Shown here in pieces: positions 38,898-48,236 of a stretch of 64,000 bases of DNA. A program made the translations under genes and the position numbers. Location of the stretch: NCBI GenBank assembly GCA_965237675.1, contig OZ250150.1:3584001-3648000 (forward strand). The letters are read 5' to 3'. This DNA comes from Candidatus Latescibacterota bacterium. GTDB lineage: Bacteria; Latescibacterota; UBA2968; GCA-2709665. Within the stretch, counting starts at the first letter, position 1; the number at the start of each line of letters is the position of its first letter. The notes beneath the pieces are model-generated. The model did no database searches. It had not been told where the DNA came from and worked only from the letters and a program-made list of their open reading frames with translations.

Positions 38898-40616
38898 ATG
38901 AGAACAATTCCCGGGATTACATGCCTCTGGCTTTTCTGTACCGCATTTACAGCGGCCGGAGTTCGGGCGGAGACCGCTTCCCCGCTGCTGCAGGCCATGC
39001 GAGAGGAATTGACCCGCTCCGTCGACCTGCTCAAACGGCAACCGGTCCCGCCCTACTACCTCAGTTATGAGATCACCGAAACGCACCTGATCCGTGTCGG
39101 GGCTTCCTTCGGCGCGCTGTCCTACAACAACGAGAGACGCAGCCGCCTGCTCGACATCGATCTCCGGGTGGGGGACTACGCCTTCGACAATACCCACCAG
39201 GTTCGCGGCAGCATAACCAACTGGTCCGATCGCTATTCACGGATCGACATCCCGATCGAGGATAACGTCGACGCGGTGCGCGCGGTGCTCTGGTATCACA
39301 CCGACAGAAAGTACAAACGTGCCATTGAACAGCTCACCACCGTCAAGACCAACGTCCAGGTCAAGGTGGAAGAGGAAGACCGGTCTGACGATTTTTCCAG
39401 AGAGCCGGTCGAAAGTTACGTGGAAGAACCCGTTCTCCTCGATGTCGCCCGTGACGAATGGGCAGCCCGGGTGAAAAAGTACACGGCCCCTTTCGCCAAA
39501 GATGGAAACATATACGAAGCCAGCGCAAGTCTCCTGGCAACCGTTTCGACTCGCCGATACGTTAACAGCGAGGGGAGCGAGATCCAGACCTCACATGTGC
39601 TCTACCGACTGTACATCTACGCCTTCACGAAGGCTGACGACGGCATGGAGTTGCCGCGCTACGAATCCTTTTCCGCTTTCTCCCCGGAGGGTCTGCCAGG
39701 CGACGACGAGGTCCTCGCCCTGGTGGACCGCATGATCGCCGACCTCAAGGCTTTGCGCGATGCCCCTGTTGTGGCGCCATACGCCGGTCCCGCGATTCTA
39801 TCGGGACGCGCCAGCGGCGTCCTCTTTCACGAGATCTTCGGACACCGCATCGAAGGCCACCGCCAGAAGCGCGAGGAAGAGGGCCAGACCTTTAAGAAGA
39901 AAATAGGGGAGAGTGTTCTGCCCGAGACGTTTTCGGTGGTCTTCGATCCCACCCGGAAGAGCATCGCCGGCGAGGATCTGGTTGGCGCATACGCTTACGA
40001 CAATCAGGGCGTCAAGGCGCGGCGGGTGGCCGTTGTGGAGAACGGAATTTTCCGCCGCTTCCTCATGTCCCGTTCGCCCATCGAGAATTTCCCGCATTCC
40101 AACGGCCACGGACGAAAGCAGCCGGGCTACTCGCCGGTCGCGCGCCAGTCCAACCTCATCGTGGAGACCTCCAATCCGCTGAGCCGTGACCGACTCAAGG
40201 AAATGCTCATCGAGCAATGCCGGAATGAGGGTAAGGAATTCGGGCTCTACTTCGAGGATATTCAGGGGGGATTCACCATTACCGGACGCTTTTTCCCGAA
40301 CGCCTTCAACGTGCTTCCCATTATGGTCTATCGAATTTACACCGACGGGCGTGAAGAACTCGTGCGTGGCGTGGATCTTATCGGAACGCCGCTTACCGCC
40401 TTCAGCCGGATCGCCGCCGCCGACGATCGCATTGGCGTGTTCAACGGCACGTGCGGCGCCGAGTCAGGGGGCGTGCCGGTGGCCGCGGTTTCCCCCGGCA
40501 TCTTCATCTCCCAGGTCGAGGTACAGAAGAAACCCAAGTCCCAGGAACGGCGCCCCATCCTTGAAGCGCCCTCCTCCGAACCGGATGAAGAGAAAACGGA
40601 CGGTGACCTCCTATAG
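38898..40616 (+). CDS. TldD-like metalloprotease with signal peptide
   Basis: HEIFGHRIE (HExxGH), YDNQGVKA, SNGHGR, RQSN, C-terminal GTCGAESGGVPV. Confidence 0.85.
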   Translation: MRTIPGITCLWLFCTAFTAAGVRAETASPLLQAMREELTRSVDLLKRQPVPPYYLSYEITETHLIRVGASFGALSYNNERRSRLLDIDLRVGDYAFDNTHQVRGSITNWSDRYSRIDIPIEDNVDAVRAVLWYHTDRKYKRAIEQLTTVKTNVQVKVEEEDRSDDFSREPVESYVEEPVLLDVARDEWAARVKKYTAPFAKDGNIYEASASLLATVSTRRYVNSEGSEIQTSHVLYRLYIYAFTKADDGMELPRYESFSAFSPEGLPGDDEVLALVDRMIADLKALRDAPVVAPYAGPAILSGRASGVLFHEIFGHRIEGHRQKREEEGQTFKKKIGESVLPETFSVVFDPTRKSIAGEDLVGAYAYDNQGVKARRVAVVENGIFRRFLMSRSPIENFPHSNGHGRKQPGYSPVARQSNLIVETSNPLSRDRLKEMLIEQCRNEGKEFGLYFEDIQGGFTITGRFFPNAFNVLPIMVYRIYTDGREELVRGVDLIGTPLTAFSRIAAADDRIGVFNGTCGAESGGVPVAAVSPGIFISQVEVQKKPKSQERRPILEAPSSEPDEEKTDGDLL

Positions 40617-40798
40617 TGACCTGCCCCAAAAATATCTCACCATTCTCCAGCCGATTCATCCCGTCTCGCTAGGTTGCTAAAAGGCGGTGAGACGGAAGAC
40701 GGAAGAGGTAAGCCGTGTAAGTAACTTTTCCGTATCACTCGTCCGCAAATGGACACTCGTTGTGCCAAACGAGAAGTGGATTGTGCAGCGGAGCGCGG

Positions 40799-40948
40799 GA
40801 CCTACCCCCTAACCCCCTTCCTGAAGGAAGGGGGAAACAGTCGTCGGTTGAAGACAGATTGATCGATGAATAAATCCAGGCGTCATATTGTGCCGGGGCA
40901 ACGCTTACCTCCCCCTTTCCTTTAGGAGAGGGGGCCGGGGGGAGAGGT
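40799..40948. repeat. REP/MITE-like element, family B, second copy
   Basis: Same paired GC hairpin ends as 28108-28319, with a shorter interior. Confidence 0.75.
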
Positions 40949-41098
40949 AACGGCGCTGACGCCAACTGATCGGGTTTTTGGTTCAAGCTGACGGCTGAGA
41001 GCTGATAGCTGTTTTTGCTGCTTCTGATCGGCCGAATTCAGGTAACCACTTTCCGGGACAGAACACTAGAACCGATCCCACCCTGCAGGAGCCATCCC

Positions 41099-42871
41099 AT
41101 GCATAGAAAGATACTCTTCCACGTTGTAACGGCCGCAAGCCTTCTGACGGCTCCAGCGGTCCACGCGGAAAACAGCATCCTGCAGCGCGCCCTGCGCGAC
41201 GAATTGGCGCGCTCGATGAAGGAACTTCAGCTTGAAGACCTGGAACGACCCTACTTCATTTCCTGCCATGTGCACGAAATGAGGTCCAGAAGTAGCTCGG
41301 CGACGTTCGGCAGTCTGCTGACAAGTCAGAAGAGCCGCTCGCGCACACTCACTGTGGAAGTGCGTGTGGGCGACTACGCCCTCGACAACACCAACTTCCG
41401 CGCGTTCGCCTTCGGCGGAACCGGGGTGGTGCGCATGAGAGGGGGCAGCGTGGGACTGACTCTGGAAGACGACTACAATGAGTTGCGGCGCAAGATCTGG
41501 CTGGCCACCGACGGGGCCTATAAGAAAGCCCTCGAGGATCTTGCAAAGAAACGCGCCGCCCTGCAGAACAAGACGCGCACCGAGGAGATACCCGATTTCA
41601 GCAGGGAGGCACCGGCAACCGAAGTGGACGAAATGGCGCCGGCCGTATTGGATCTCGACACCCTGGACCGGCGGGCGCGGCACCTCTCCGCGCTGTTTCG
41701 CGAGATGCCCGATATCCATACCTCGCGCGTCCGATGCAGCGGATCCAACACCTCCGTCCACTACCTCAATAGCGAGGGTTCTTCCTTCTCCCGCTCGAGT
41801 TCCTTGCTGGCCTTCACCGCCGTCGCCGGAACGCAGGCTCCCGACGGCATGCCCGTGCAGGACTTCGTTGCCGTGTACGCGCGTTCAGCCGATGGCCTTC
41901 CCGACGACAAGGAACTGGCCGCCCGCATCGGCGCCCTGGGTGAGCGCCTGCGGAAGCTGCGCCTGGCTCCCCTCGTGGATCGCTTTACCGGACCGGTGAT
42001 CTTCTCGGGCCAGGCGGCCACGGAACTGTTCAGCCAGGGGTTTGTACCCTATCTGTTGTCCACGCGTCGTGCATTGACCGACAATCCGGATTATGAGCGC
42101 TTCTACCCCCAGGCGAAGGAAAACCCGTTCATGGACAGGATCGGCGTGCGCGTGCTACCCGATTTTCTCAGCGTTCGCGCCGCGCCGCTTACAGACGTCT
42201 ATAAGAAACGGCCATTGTTGGGCGGCTACAGGATCGACGACGAAGGGGTCCCCGCGCGCCAGACCCGGCTGGTGAGCAGAGGCGTGCTGGAGACCCTGTT
42301 AACGACCCGAACCCCGGTTCGAGGCATCGACCGGAGTACGGGAAGCCGGCGAGGACCCGGGATCGGGCCGAGCAACATCCTGGTTGAGCCGGAGAAGGGA
42401 TTGAGCGAAGACCAGATTCGGAGGGAATTCTTCAAACTGATAAGAAGGCAGAAGAAAGAGTACGGCTACATCGTCACCCACGTCGCCAACCCGTTATACA
42501 CAATAGGCGAAACGCCCAGTCTCTTCATTTCGTCAGGACCGTCAAACGAGGCAATCAAGGTGGAACACCCGGTCTACGTATACAGGGTCTACCTGGACGG
42601 ACGAAAGGAACTGGTGCGAAATGCGCAATTCGCAGGCATCGGCGCCCATACCTTCAAGGACATCGTGCAAGTGTCCAGGACGCACGCGGTAAACACCTTT
42701 CCCTTTCGCTCGCGGGACAATTCCTCGCCGTTTTCCGGCCGGCGGGGCCGTCAAGTCCTCGCAAGTATCGTCACCCCTCGAATGGTCCTTTTCGAAGACA
42801 TCACGCTCAAGCCGCCCAGCGGCGAGATTCCCAAAGCGCCGGTTTCCCCGCATCCCTACTTCGATAGATGA
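41099..42871 (+). CDS. TldE/PmbA-like non-catalytic partner with signal peptide
   Basis: Paralogous to the upstream gene (RVGDYALDNT, DDEGVPAR, VYRVYLDGRKELVR) but lacks HExxGH; start moved to ATG 41099 (AGGAG SD). Confidence 0.8.
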   Translation: MHRKILFHVVTAASLLTAPAVHAENSILQRALRDELARSMKELQLEDLERPYFISCHVHEMRSRSSSATFGSLLTSQKSRSRTLTVEVRVGDYALDNTNFRAFAFGGTGVVRMRGGSVGLTLEDDYNELRRKIWLATDGAYKKALEDLAKKRAALQNKTRTEEIPDFSREAPATEVDEMAPAVLDLDTLDRRARHLSALFREMPDIHTSRVRCSGSNTSVHYLNSEGSSFSRSSSLLAFTAVAGTQAPDGMPVQDFVAVYARSADGLPDDKELAARIGALGERLRKLRLAPLVDRFTGPVIFSGQAATELFSQGFVPYLLSTRRALTDNPDYERFYPQAKENPFMDRIGVRVLPDFLSVRAAPLTDVYKKRPLLGGYRIDDEGVPARQTRLVSRGVLETLLTTRTPVRGIDRSTGSRRGPGIGPSNILVEPEKGLSEDQIRREFFKLIRRQKKEYGYIVTHVANPLYTIGETPSLFISSGPSNEAIKVEHPVYVYRVYLDGRKELVRNAQFAGIGAHTFKDIVQVSRTHAVNTFPFRSRDNSSPFSGRRGRQVLASIVTPRMVLFEDITLKPPSGEIPKAPVSPHPYFDR

Positions 42872-42914
42872 GTCCAGGCCATGCCGCGAAGAGACGCCGG
42901 TCTCCGGTATGCGT

Positions 42915-43919
42915 TCAGACGCCGGTGAACGCTTTGGCTTTGTCCTCTTTCCTGGATAGCCTCGTCGGCCGTCGGGCGCGCAACTCGCCCCACAGGGCGA
43001 TAGCGATGCCCGAAAGGATAATACCTCCCCCGATGAGTTGCGCGGGCATGGGCACCTCGCCCAGGATGAGACCGGCGAAGAGCACACCGGCCACCGGCGA
43101 GAAGGAAGACGCCGTGGCGATGTCGGCGGGGCGCACGCGTTTGATGCCGGCAAACCACGCCAGTTGGCCGCAGGCCACAACGACCCCGCCGTAAAGGATC
43201 ATCCAGCCCCACAACACCGGGGAGATAATGTCGGCAAAGTGCTCGATCCCAAAAAGGTAAAGGCCGATTCCGAGGAAGAAAAGCGCACCGACGAGGTTAC
43301 GGTAGACACTGAAGATGCCCAGGGGGATCGTCTGAAGCTGCTTGCGCCCGATTTCGGCGCCGCACACGAGAAGTACGGTTGCGACCGCCGCGAAGACTTC
43401 ACCGCTGCCTAACCCGCTCCGCATTCGCGCCGCCGCCATGCTTTCGGGCGACGCTCCCATCTGCAGGACGAGCGTTGTGACCACGCCGCCGACGGCGCAC
43501 AACGCGCCCAGTACTGCGGTTCCGCTCGACTTCTCCCTGTAAAACATCCAGGCCAACAACAGTCCGAGTGGGATTTCTATCGTCTCGATCAGAACGATGT
43601 TGGTGACCGAGGTGCGCGAGATGGCCGTAAACATCATGGCCGGCGCGATGGCGCCGGACGTGAGGGCGAGGGCGGTCTGAACCAGCCACTGTCGGCGCGA
43701 CAGCTTGCGCAGATGGGAAGGGCGCCAATCCCGTTGATTGAGAGTCAGCAGGGTCAGCGCCGCCACGAGATTGCCGGCGAAGAGCAGGTTGCAGAAGGAG
43801 ATGGGATTGCGACCGTCGATCAGATGCATCTGTCCGATATCGACCAGGCGCGCCACCACCGAGGCTGCGGCGGCGAAGATCAGCACGGCAATCCACAGAT
43901 AGATTCGACCCCAGTTCAT
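42915..43919 (-). CDS. EamA/DMT family transporter
   Basis: Two repeats of about 5 TM segments; PVAGVLFAGLILGE...QLIGGGIILSG. Confidence 0.85.
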   Translation of the reverse strand: MNWGRIYLWIAVLIFAAAASVVARLVDIGQMHLIDGRNPISFCNLLFAGNLVAALTLLTLNQRDWRPSHLRKLSRRQWLVQTALALTSGAIAPAMMFTAISRTSVTNIVLIETIEIPLGLLLAWMFYREKSSGTAVLGALCAVGGVVTTLVLQMGASPESMAAARMRSGLGSGEVFAAVATVLLVCGAEIGRKQLQTIPLGIFSVYRNLVGALFFLGIGLYLFGIEHFADIISPVLWGWMILYGGVVVACGQLAWFAGIKRVRPADIATASSFSPVAGVLFAGLILGEVPMPAQLIGGGIILSGIAIALWGELRARRPTRLSRKEDKAKAFTGV

Positions 43920-44206
43920 CGCGGTCTACCGTTCAAGCTAAATGTCGTCCCGACGTCGCCCGCTCGCGTGGCTCCAGGGCCTGCGTGCGGAATGCAGGCG
44001 TGTCATTGGGTTAAGTCGCAACGAAGATGGAGAACACTTCGGACCAGCTATTTTACCCAAAGCTGCGCTTCCACGCAAACCCCTTGTCATGCCACCCGCG
44101 ACGATTCGCGCCACGCCGGAGGAACATCGGTATCCTGGCTTCATGGAGAAGAACCGGCCAAACCGGATCAACGCGGGCGCACGTCAGGTTTCGGAAAAGG
44201 AGAGTT

Positions 44207-44590
44207 ATGAATCCGACACCCTCAACAAGACTGACAGGCATGAGCCCGCAGTTGCTCGTGGCCGATCTGGACCGGTCCATCCGCTTCTATACTGAGCAGC
44301 TCGGGTTCGACCTCGACTTCCGGTATGAGCATTTCTACGCGGGAATCGTACGGGATGGGCACTCGATCCATCTGAAGCTCGCCCACGCGCCGCGTGACGA
44401 GAGGCAGTTCCGCCGGGAGAACGAACACCTGGACATCACATTTACAGTGGAGGATAATGACGCGGCGTACAGGGACGTACGAAACCGGACCGTCCCGGTA
44501 ACTCAGCCCCTCCGGGAAATGCCCTACGGTCGGGAATTCTACGTATCGGATCCCGACGGTTACATTCTTGCATTTGTCGAGACGAAATAA
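44207..44590 (+). CDS. VOC (glyoxalase/bleomycin resistance) family protein
   Basis: PQLLVADLDRSIRFYTEQLGF, MPYGREFYVSDPDGYILAF; AAGGAG SD. Confidence 0.85.
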   Translation: MNPTPSTRLTGMSPQLLVADLDRSIRFYTEQLGFDLDFRYEHFYAGIVRDGHSIHLKLAHAPRDERQFRRENEHLDITFTVEDNDAAYRDVRNRTVPVTQPLREMPYGREFYVSDPDGYILAFVETK

Positions 44591-44671
44591 CGCGGGCCGA
44601 GCATATGGGGTATATGGGAACGCAAATGACAGCTTCGGATTTTGACGCGCCCCATCTACCCGGTTCCGGCC

Positions 44672-44714
44672 TTGACATCGTCGTGATATTTTCTTATACG
44701 TATAATACACGTGT
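44672..44714 (+). promoter_or_regulatory. TA operon promoter with palindromic operator-like sites
   Basis: TTGACA (44672), TATAAT (44701); palindromes TATACGTATA (44695-44704) and ACACGTGT (44707-44714). Confidence 0.5.
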
Positions 44715-44751
44715 TGTTGTGTTCAATGTTGTCTGAATTGGAGAATCGCAT

Positions 44752-44982
44752 ATGCGCAAGAAGCTGACCATCACGATTGATGAGGAAGTGTATGCAGGCC
44801 TGCATCAGATTATAGGCCGCCGCCGCATCAGCCGCTTTGTCGAAACGCTGGTCCGGCCCCATGTGCTTCAACCCGACCTGGAACAGGCTTACGAGGATAT
44901 GGCGCAGGATGAAAAACGGGAAGCCGAAGCTTTAGAATGGGCGGAAGACACTGTGGGGGACGCATTCGATGGTCCGAGGTGA
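44752..44982 (+). CDS. Antitoxin of a MazEF-like type II TA system
   Basis: RHH-like [12 protein letters not shown], acidic C-terminus [10 protein letters not shown]; overlaps the toxin start. Confidence 0.8.
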   Translation: MRKKLTITIDEEVYAGLHQIIGRRRISRFVETLVRPHVLQPDLEQAYEDMAQDEKREAEALEWAEDTVGDAFDGPR

Positions 44983-45289
44983 AGTGTGGTGGGTCAATTT
45001 CAACCCATCCACAGCCGGTGAAATCCGTAAAAGACGTCCCGCGATTATCGTCAGTAACGACGCATCCAACAGGCATTTGAACCGTGTTCAGGTTGTGCCG
45101 TTGACGAGCAATCTCGATCGTCTCTACCCCAGTGAAGCCTATGTGACTGTAAAGGATCAAAGACGGAAGGCGATGGCCGATCAGGTGGCAACGGTGAGCA
45201 AGCGCCGGTTGAGTGCGCTGCAAGGACGTGTTTCTGCTACGGATATGGACCGCGTAGAACGCGCGTTAAGAGTGCAGTTAGGCCTGTGA
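44969..45289 (+). CDS. mazF: PemK/MazF family endoribonuclease toxin
   Basis: [43 protein letters not shown]. Confidence 0.92.
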   Translation: MVRGEVWWVNFNPSTAGEIRKRRPAIIVSNDASNRHLNRVQVVPLTSNLDRLYPSEAYVTVKDQRRKAMADQVATVSKRRLSALQGRVSATDMDRVERALRVQLGL

Positions 45290-45435
45290 TGTGCGTGGCG
45301 CCTGTGTATATTGAGTGATATCTCCATGCGCCGGCACCGGTGCATTTCAGGGTGCAACACACGCGCTTCAGTCGGTGAAGTCTGGAATCGGCCGTATATC
45401 GGCAGTAAACAATAAGTAGGGGACAGACAAATACG

Positions 45436-46662
45436 ATGGCGACCATCAATTCCAATTACAGCAAGCTTTCAGCCGGCTATCTGTTCCCGGAAATCGCACG
45501 GCGGACAAGTGCGTATCTGGATGCCAATCCCGGGGTCAAGGTCATGCGTCTAGGCATTGGAAACACGACCGAACCGCTTCCACCGAGCGTGATCGCCGGT
45601 CTGCATGAAGCCGTGGAAAGACTTGCCGCTGTAGAGACCTATTCGGGTTACGCGGACGGAAGCGAGGGAGACGTTGGGCTCAGAGAGGCCATTGCAGGCC
45701 GCTACGCGGAGCGAGGCGTCGTGCTGGATCCGGATGAGATATTCGTGAGCGATGGAGGAAAGCCTGATTCTGCGAATCTGCAGTCTATCTTCGGCCTCGA
45801 CAATGTGGTGGCCGTGCAGGACCCGGCCTACCCCGTCTACGTGGATAGCAACGTGATTGCCGGACGTACAGGTCAAATGGTCGAGGGCCAATACGAAGGA
45901 ATCGTCTACATGCCCTGCACGGAGGACAATGGTTTCTTTCCCGAATTGCCCGGGGGAAAAGTGGATCTGATTTACATATGCAGCCCGAATAATCCGATCG
46001 GGTCCGTTGCAAACAGGAACCAGCTGCAGACGTTTGTTGACTATGCCCGCGATCAACGGGCGGTCTTGATTTTCGACGCGGCCTACTGTGCCTATATTTC
46101 GGATCCTGATCTTCCGCGCACCATTTATGAGATCGATGGCGCCAAAACATGCGCGATCGAGATCAACAGTTTCTCCAAGGATACCGGGTTTACCGGCGTG
46201 CGGCTGGGCTGGTCGGCGGTCCCGCAGGATCTGGTTGTGGAAGAGGCCGAACCGGGTGTGGTGAACGGGCTCTGGCGCAGACGGCAGAATACGATGTTCA
46301 ACGGCGCCTCCAATATTGCGCAGGGAGGCGCATTGGCTGTGTTCACGGAAGCCGGGAAGGCGGAGTGTGGCGAGATGGTGGCCTATTACATGGCCAATGC
46401 AGGGCGCATTCGGTCGGGGCTCGAAGGCCTGGGCCTGACGGTCTATGGCGGCGTCCACGCGCCGTATCTCTGGATGAAGACGCCCGGGGGTATGGGTTCG
46501 TGGGTTTTTTTTGACAAGCTGCTTTCCGAGGCGCACGTTGTGGGGACGCCAGGGGCGGGGTTCGGACCCAGTGGTGAGGGATTTTTCAGGTTGAGCGCGT
46601 TCGGACATCGTGAGGATATCGAGTTGGCCGTGGACAGCATCGAAAACAACCTGAAGCTATAG
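45436..46662 (+). CDS. dapL: LL-diaminopimelate aminotransferase
   Basis: GYLFPEI, LGIGNTTEP, DPAYPVYVDSNV, CSPNNP, FDAAY, SFSK.GFTGVR, FNGASNIAQ. Confidence 0.95.
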   Translation: MATINSNYSKLSAGYLFPEIARRTSAYLDANPGVKVMRLGIGNTTEPLPPSVIAGLHEAVERLAAVETYSGYADGSEGDVGLREAIAGRYAERGVVLDPDEIFVSDGGKPDSANLQSIFGLDNVVAVQDPAYPVYVDSNVIAGRTGQMVEGQYEGIVYMPCTEDNGFFPELPGGKVDLIYICSPNNPIGSVANRNQLQTFVDYARDQRAVLIFDAAYCAYISDPDLPRTIYEIDGAKTCAIEINSFSKDTGFTGVRLGWSAVPQDLVVEEAEPGVVNGLWRRRQNTMFNGASNIAQGGALAVFTEAGKAECGEMVAYYMANAGRIRSGLEGLGLTVYGGVHAPYLWMKTPGGMGSWVFFDKLLSEAHVVGTPGAGFGPSGEGFFRLSAFGHREDIELAVDSIENNLKL

Positions 46663-46766
46663 TGTCCCGTCTCCGGAAATATGTCGCCATTCATCCCTGT
46701 CTGCGTGCGTGAGGCTGGACGCACAGGCAGGCGCCGGTTCATCCCGTCTCGCTGAATTGATGTCCG

Positions 46767-46940
46767 TTGAGCTTGTCGAAACGCGCTCGTTGCTTGCTTT
46801 AAACTTCTCGAAACGATCTTGTTGGAACGAAATTGGCAAAACGTGGTCATTGAGCTTGTCGAACTGCCCGCGTTTCGCTACCGTTCGCCGACCCTTCGAC
46901 AGGCTCAGGGCGCCGGCTCAGGGAGCGGCTCAGGGCTCAG
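46767..46940. repeat. REP family A cluster (inverted relative to 7568-7718)
   Basis: TTGAGCTTGTCGAA twice, CCCTTCGACAGGCTCAGGG, repeated GGCTCAGGG units. Confidence 0.75.
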
Positions 46941-47000
46941 GCGCCTTGCGAGCAGGGCGCTGCAGGCCTGCTGCAAGCGCTAGTGATTGGAAGGATGGAT

Positions 47001-47957
47001 ATGCGATTGAGTGTCCTGGTTTTCTGTATCTCGCTGGGGATTGCCACCGCGGGGATTTCAGGGGAGAAGAAACCGTCGCCGAAACTTACCGTTGCATTCC
47101 GGTTCGCGTCGGCTTTCGGACAGAAGGGGGGCGGGGTGGGGCACTTTCATGAAGCGTCCGCCATCGCCCTCGATACATTCGGTAATCTCTACGTGGCTGA
47201 TACCGGCAACGACCGCATCCAGAAATTCGATGCGGAGGGGAGGTATCTTTCGGAAGTGGGTACCTTTGGCTGGGATCCGGGTCAATTCAGCCAGCCGACG
47301 GGCGTTGCGGTGGGGCAGGGCGGGCTCGAGGTATACGTTGCGGACGGGAGAAACAACCGAATCCAGATCTTCAGCCCGCATTTCCGGTTGCTGGGCGTGG
47401 TTGGCGGACGAGACGTCGATGGTCCGATTCGGCTGGGGAACCTTGGCGGGATTGCGGTTTCCGACGCCGGCGAGTTATATGTGTCCGATACCGATGCCGA
47501 CCAGGTGGTTCAAATCAGCAACTACAGCCCCCTGGAAAACCAATTCGGGGGATACGGATACGGCGCCGACCGGGTCCGGCGCCCTCTGGGACTCGCCATT
47601 GGACGGAAGGATGAAGTCTATGTGTGTGACAGCGAAAACGATCGGGTCGCGGTTTTTGACAGGTACGGAAATTTCAAGAAGAGCCTGGCGGAAGGGTCGC
47701 TTTCCGAACCGGCGGGCGTATGTACCGGGCCGGACGATGTACTGTTTGTCGCGGACACGGGGCATCACCGGGTGGTGGTTCTGGACCTGCATACCGGTGA
47801 CGTGGCTGCGCTGATTGGGGGCCCCGACGCGGGACAGCGGCCGGGCGCGTTCAAGGCGCCGAAAGACGTGGTCTTCGGCCCGGGCAATATCCTCTATGTG
47901 CTGGACGGAGGCAACCATCGTATTCAGAAGTTCGATATGATGATCAGCAGGAGGTAG
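47001..47957 (+). CDS. Exported NHL-repeat beta-propeller protein
   Basis: Signal peptide; about 6 NHL repeats (YVADTGNDRIQKF, F..P.G.AV). Confidence 0.88.
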   Translation: MRLSVLVFCISLGIATAGISGEKKPSPKLTVAFRFASAFGQKGGGVGHFHEASAIALDTFGNLYVADTGNDRIQKFDAEGRYLSEVGTFGWDPGQFSQPTGVAVGQGGLEVYVADGRNNRIQIFSPHFRLLGVVGGRDVDGPIRLGNLGGIAVSDAGELYVSDTDADQVVQISNYSPLENQFGGYGYGADRVRRPLGLAIGRKDEVYVCDSENDRVAVFDRYGNFKKSLAEGSLSEPAGVCTGPDDVLFVADTGHHRVVVLDLHTGDVAALIGGPDAGQRPGAFKAPKDVVFGPGNILYVLDGGNHRIQKFDMMISRR

Positions 47958-48116
47958 CAGTCCGTTGATAAAGGTCTCTGCAGGAGAGGCCGAGCCATTG
48001 CGATCGAAGACAAGACGCGCGACCGAGTCGAATCGGGGGATTCGGGGAGGGAGCGCAACGCAGTAATTCGGCCACAAGAGCCGGCCGCAGCCCGGATGGA
48101 CTTTTTCAACGGGCTG
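47958..48116. mobile_element. MITE family E, copy 1 (about 159 bp)
   Basis: Terminal inverted repeats CAGTCCGTTGATAAAG / CTTTTTCAACGGGCTG; near-identical to 55991-56150. Confidence 0.8.
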
Positions 48117-48236
48117 GGAGGGGGCGCAGTCCCCACGTCCATTCCAGGAGTCGGGAGTCAGGAGGGGCTGCCCGCGGCGTCATAGAGGCCAGGGGGAGAA
48201 ACCGATTTTTCCGACTCCCGACTTCTGCTTGTTTAT

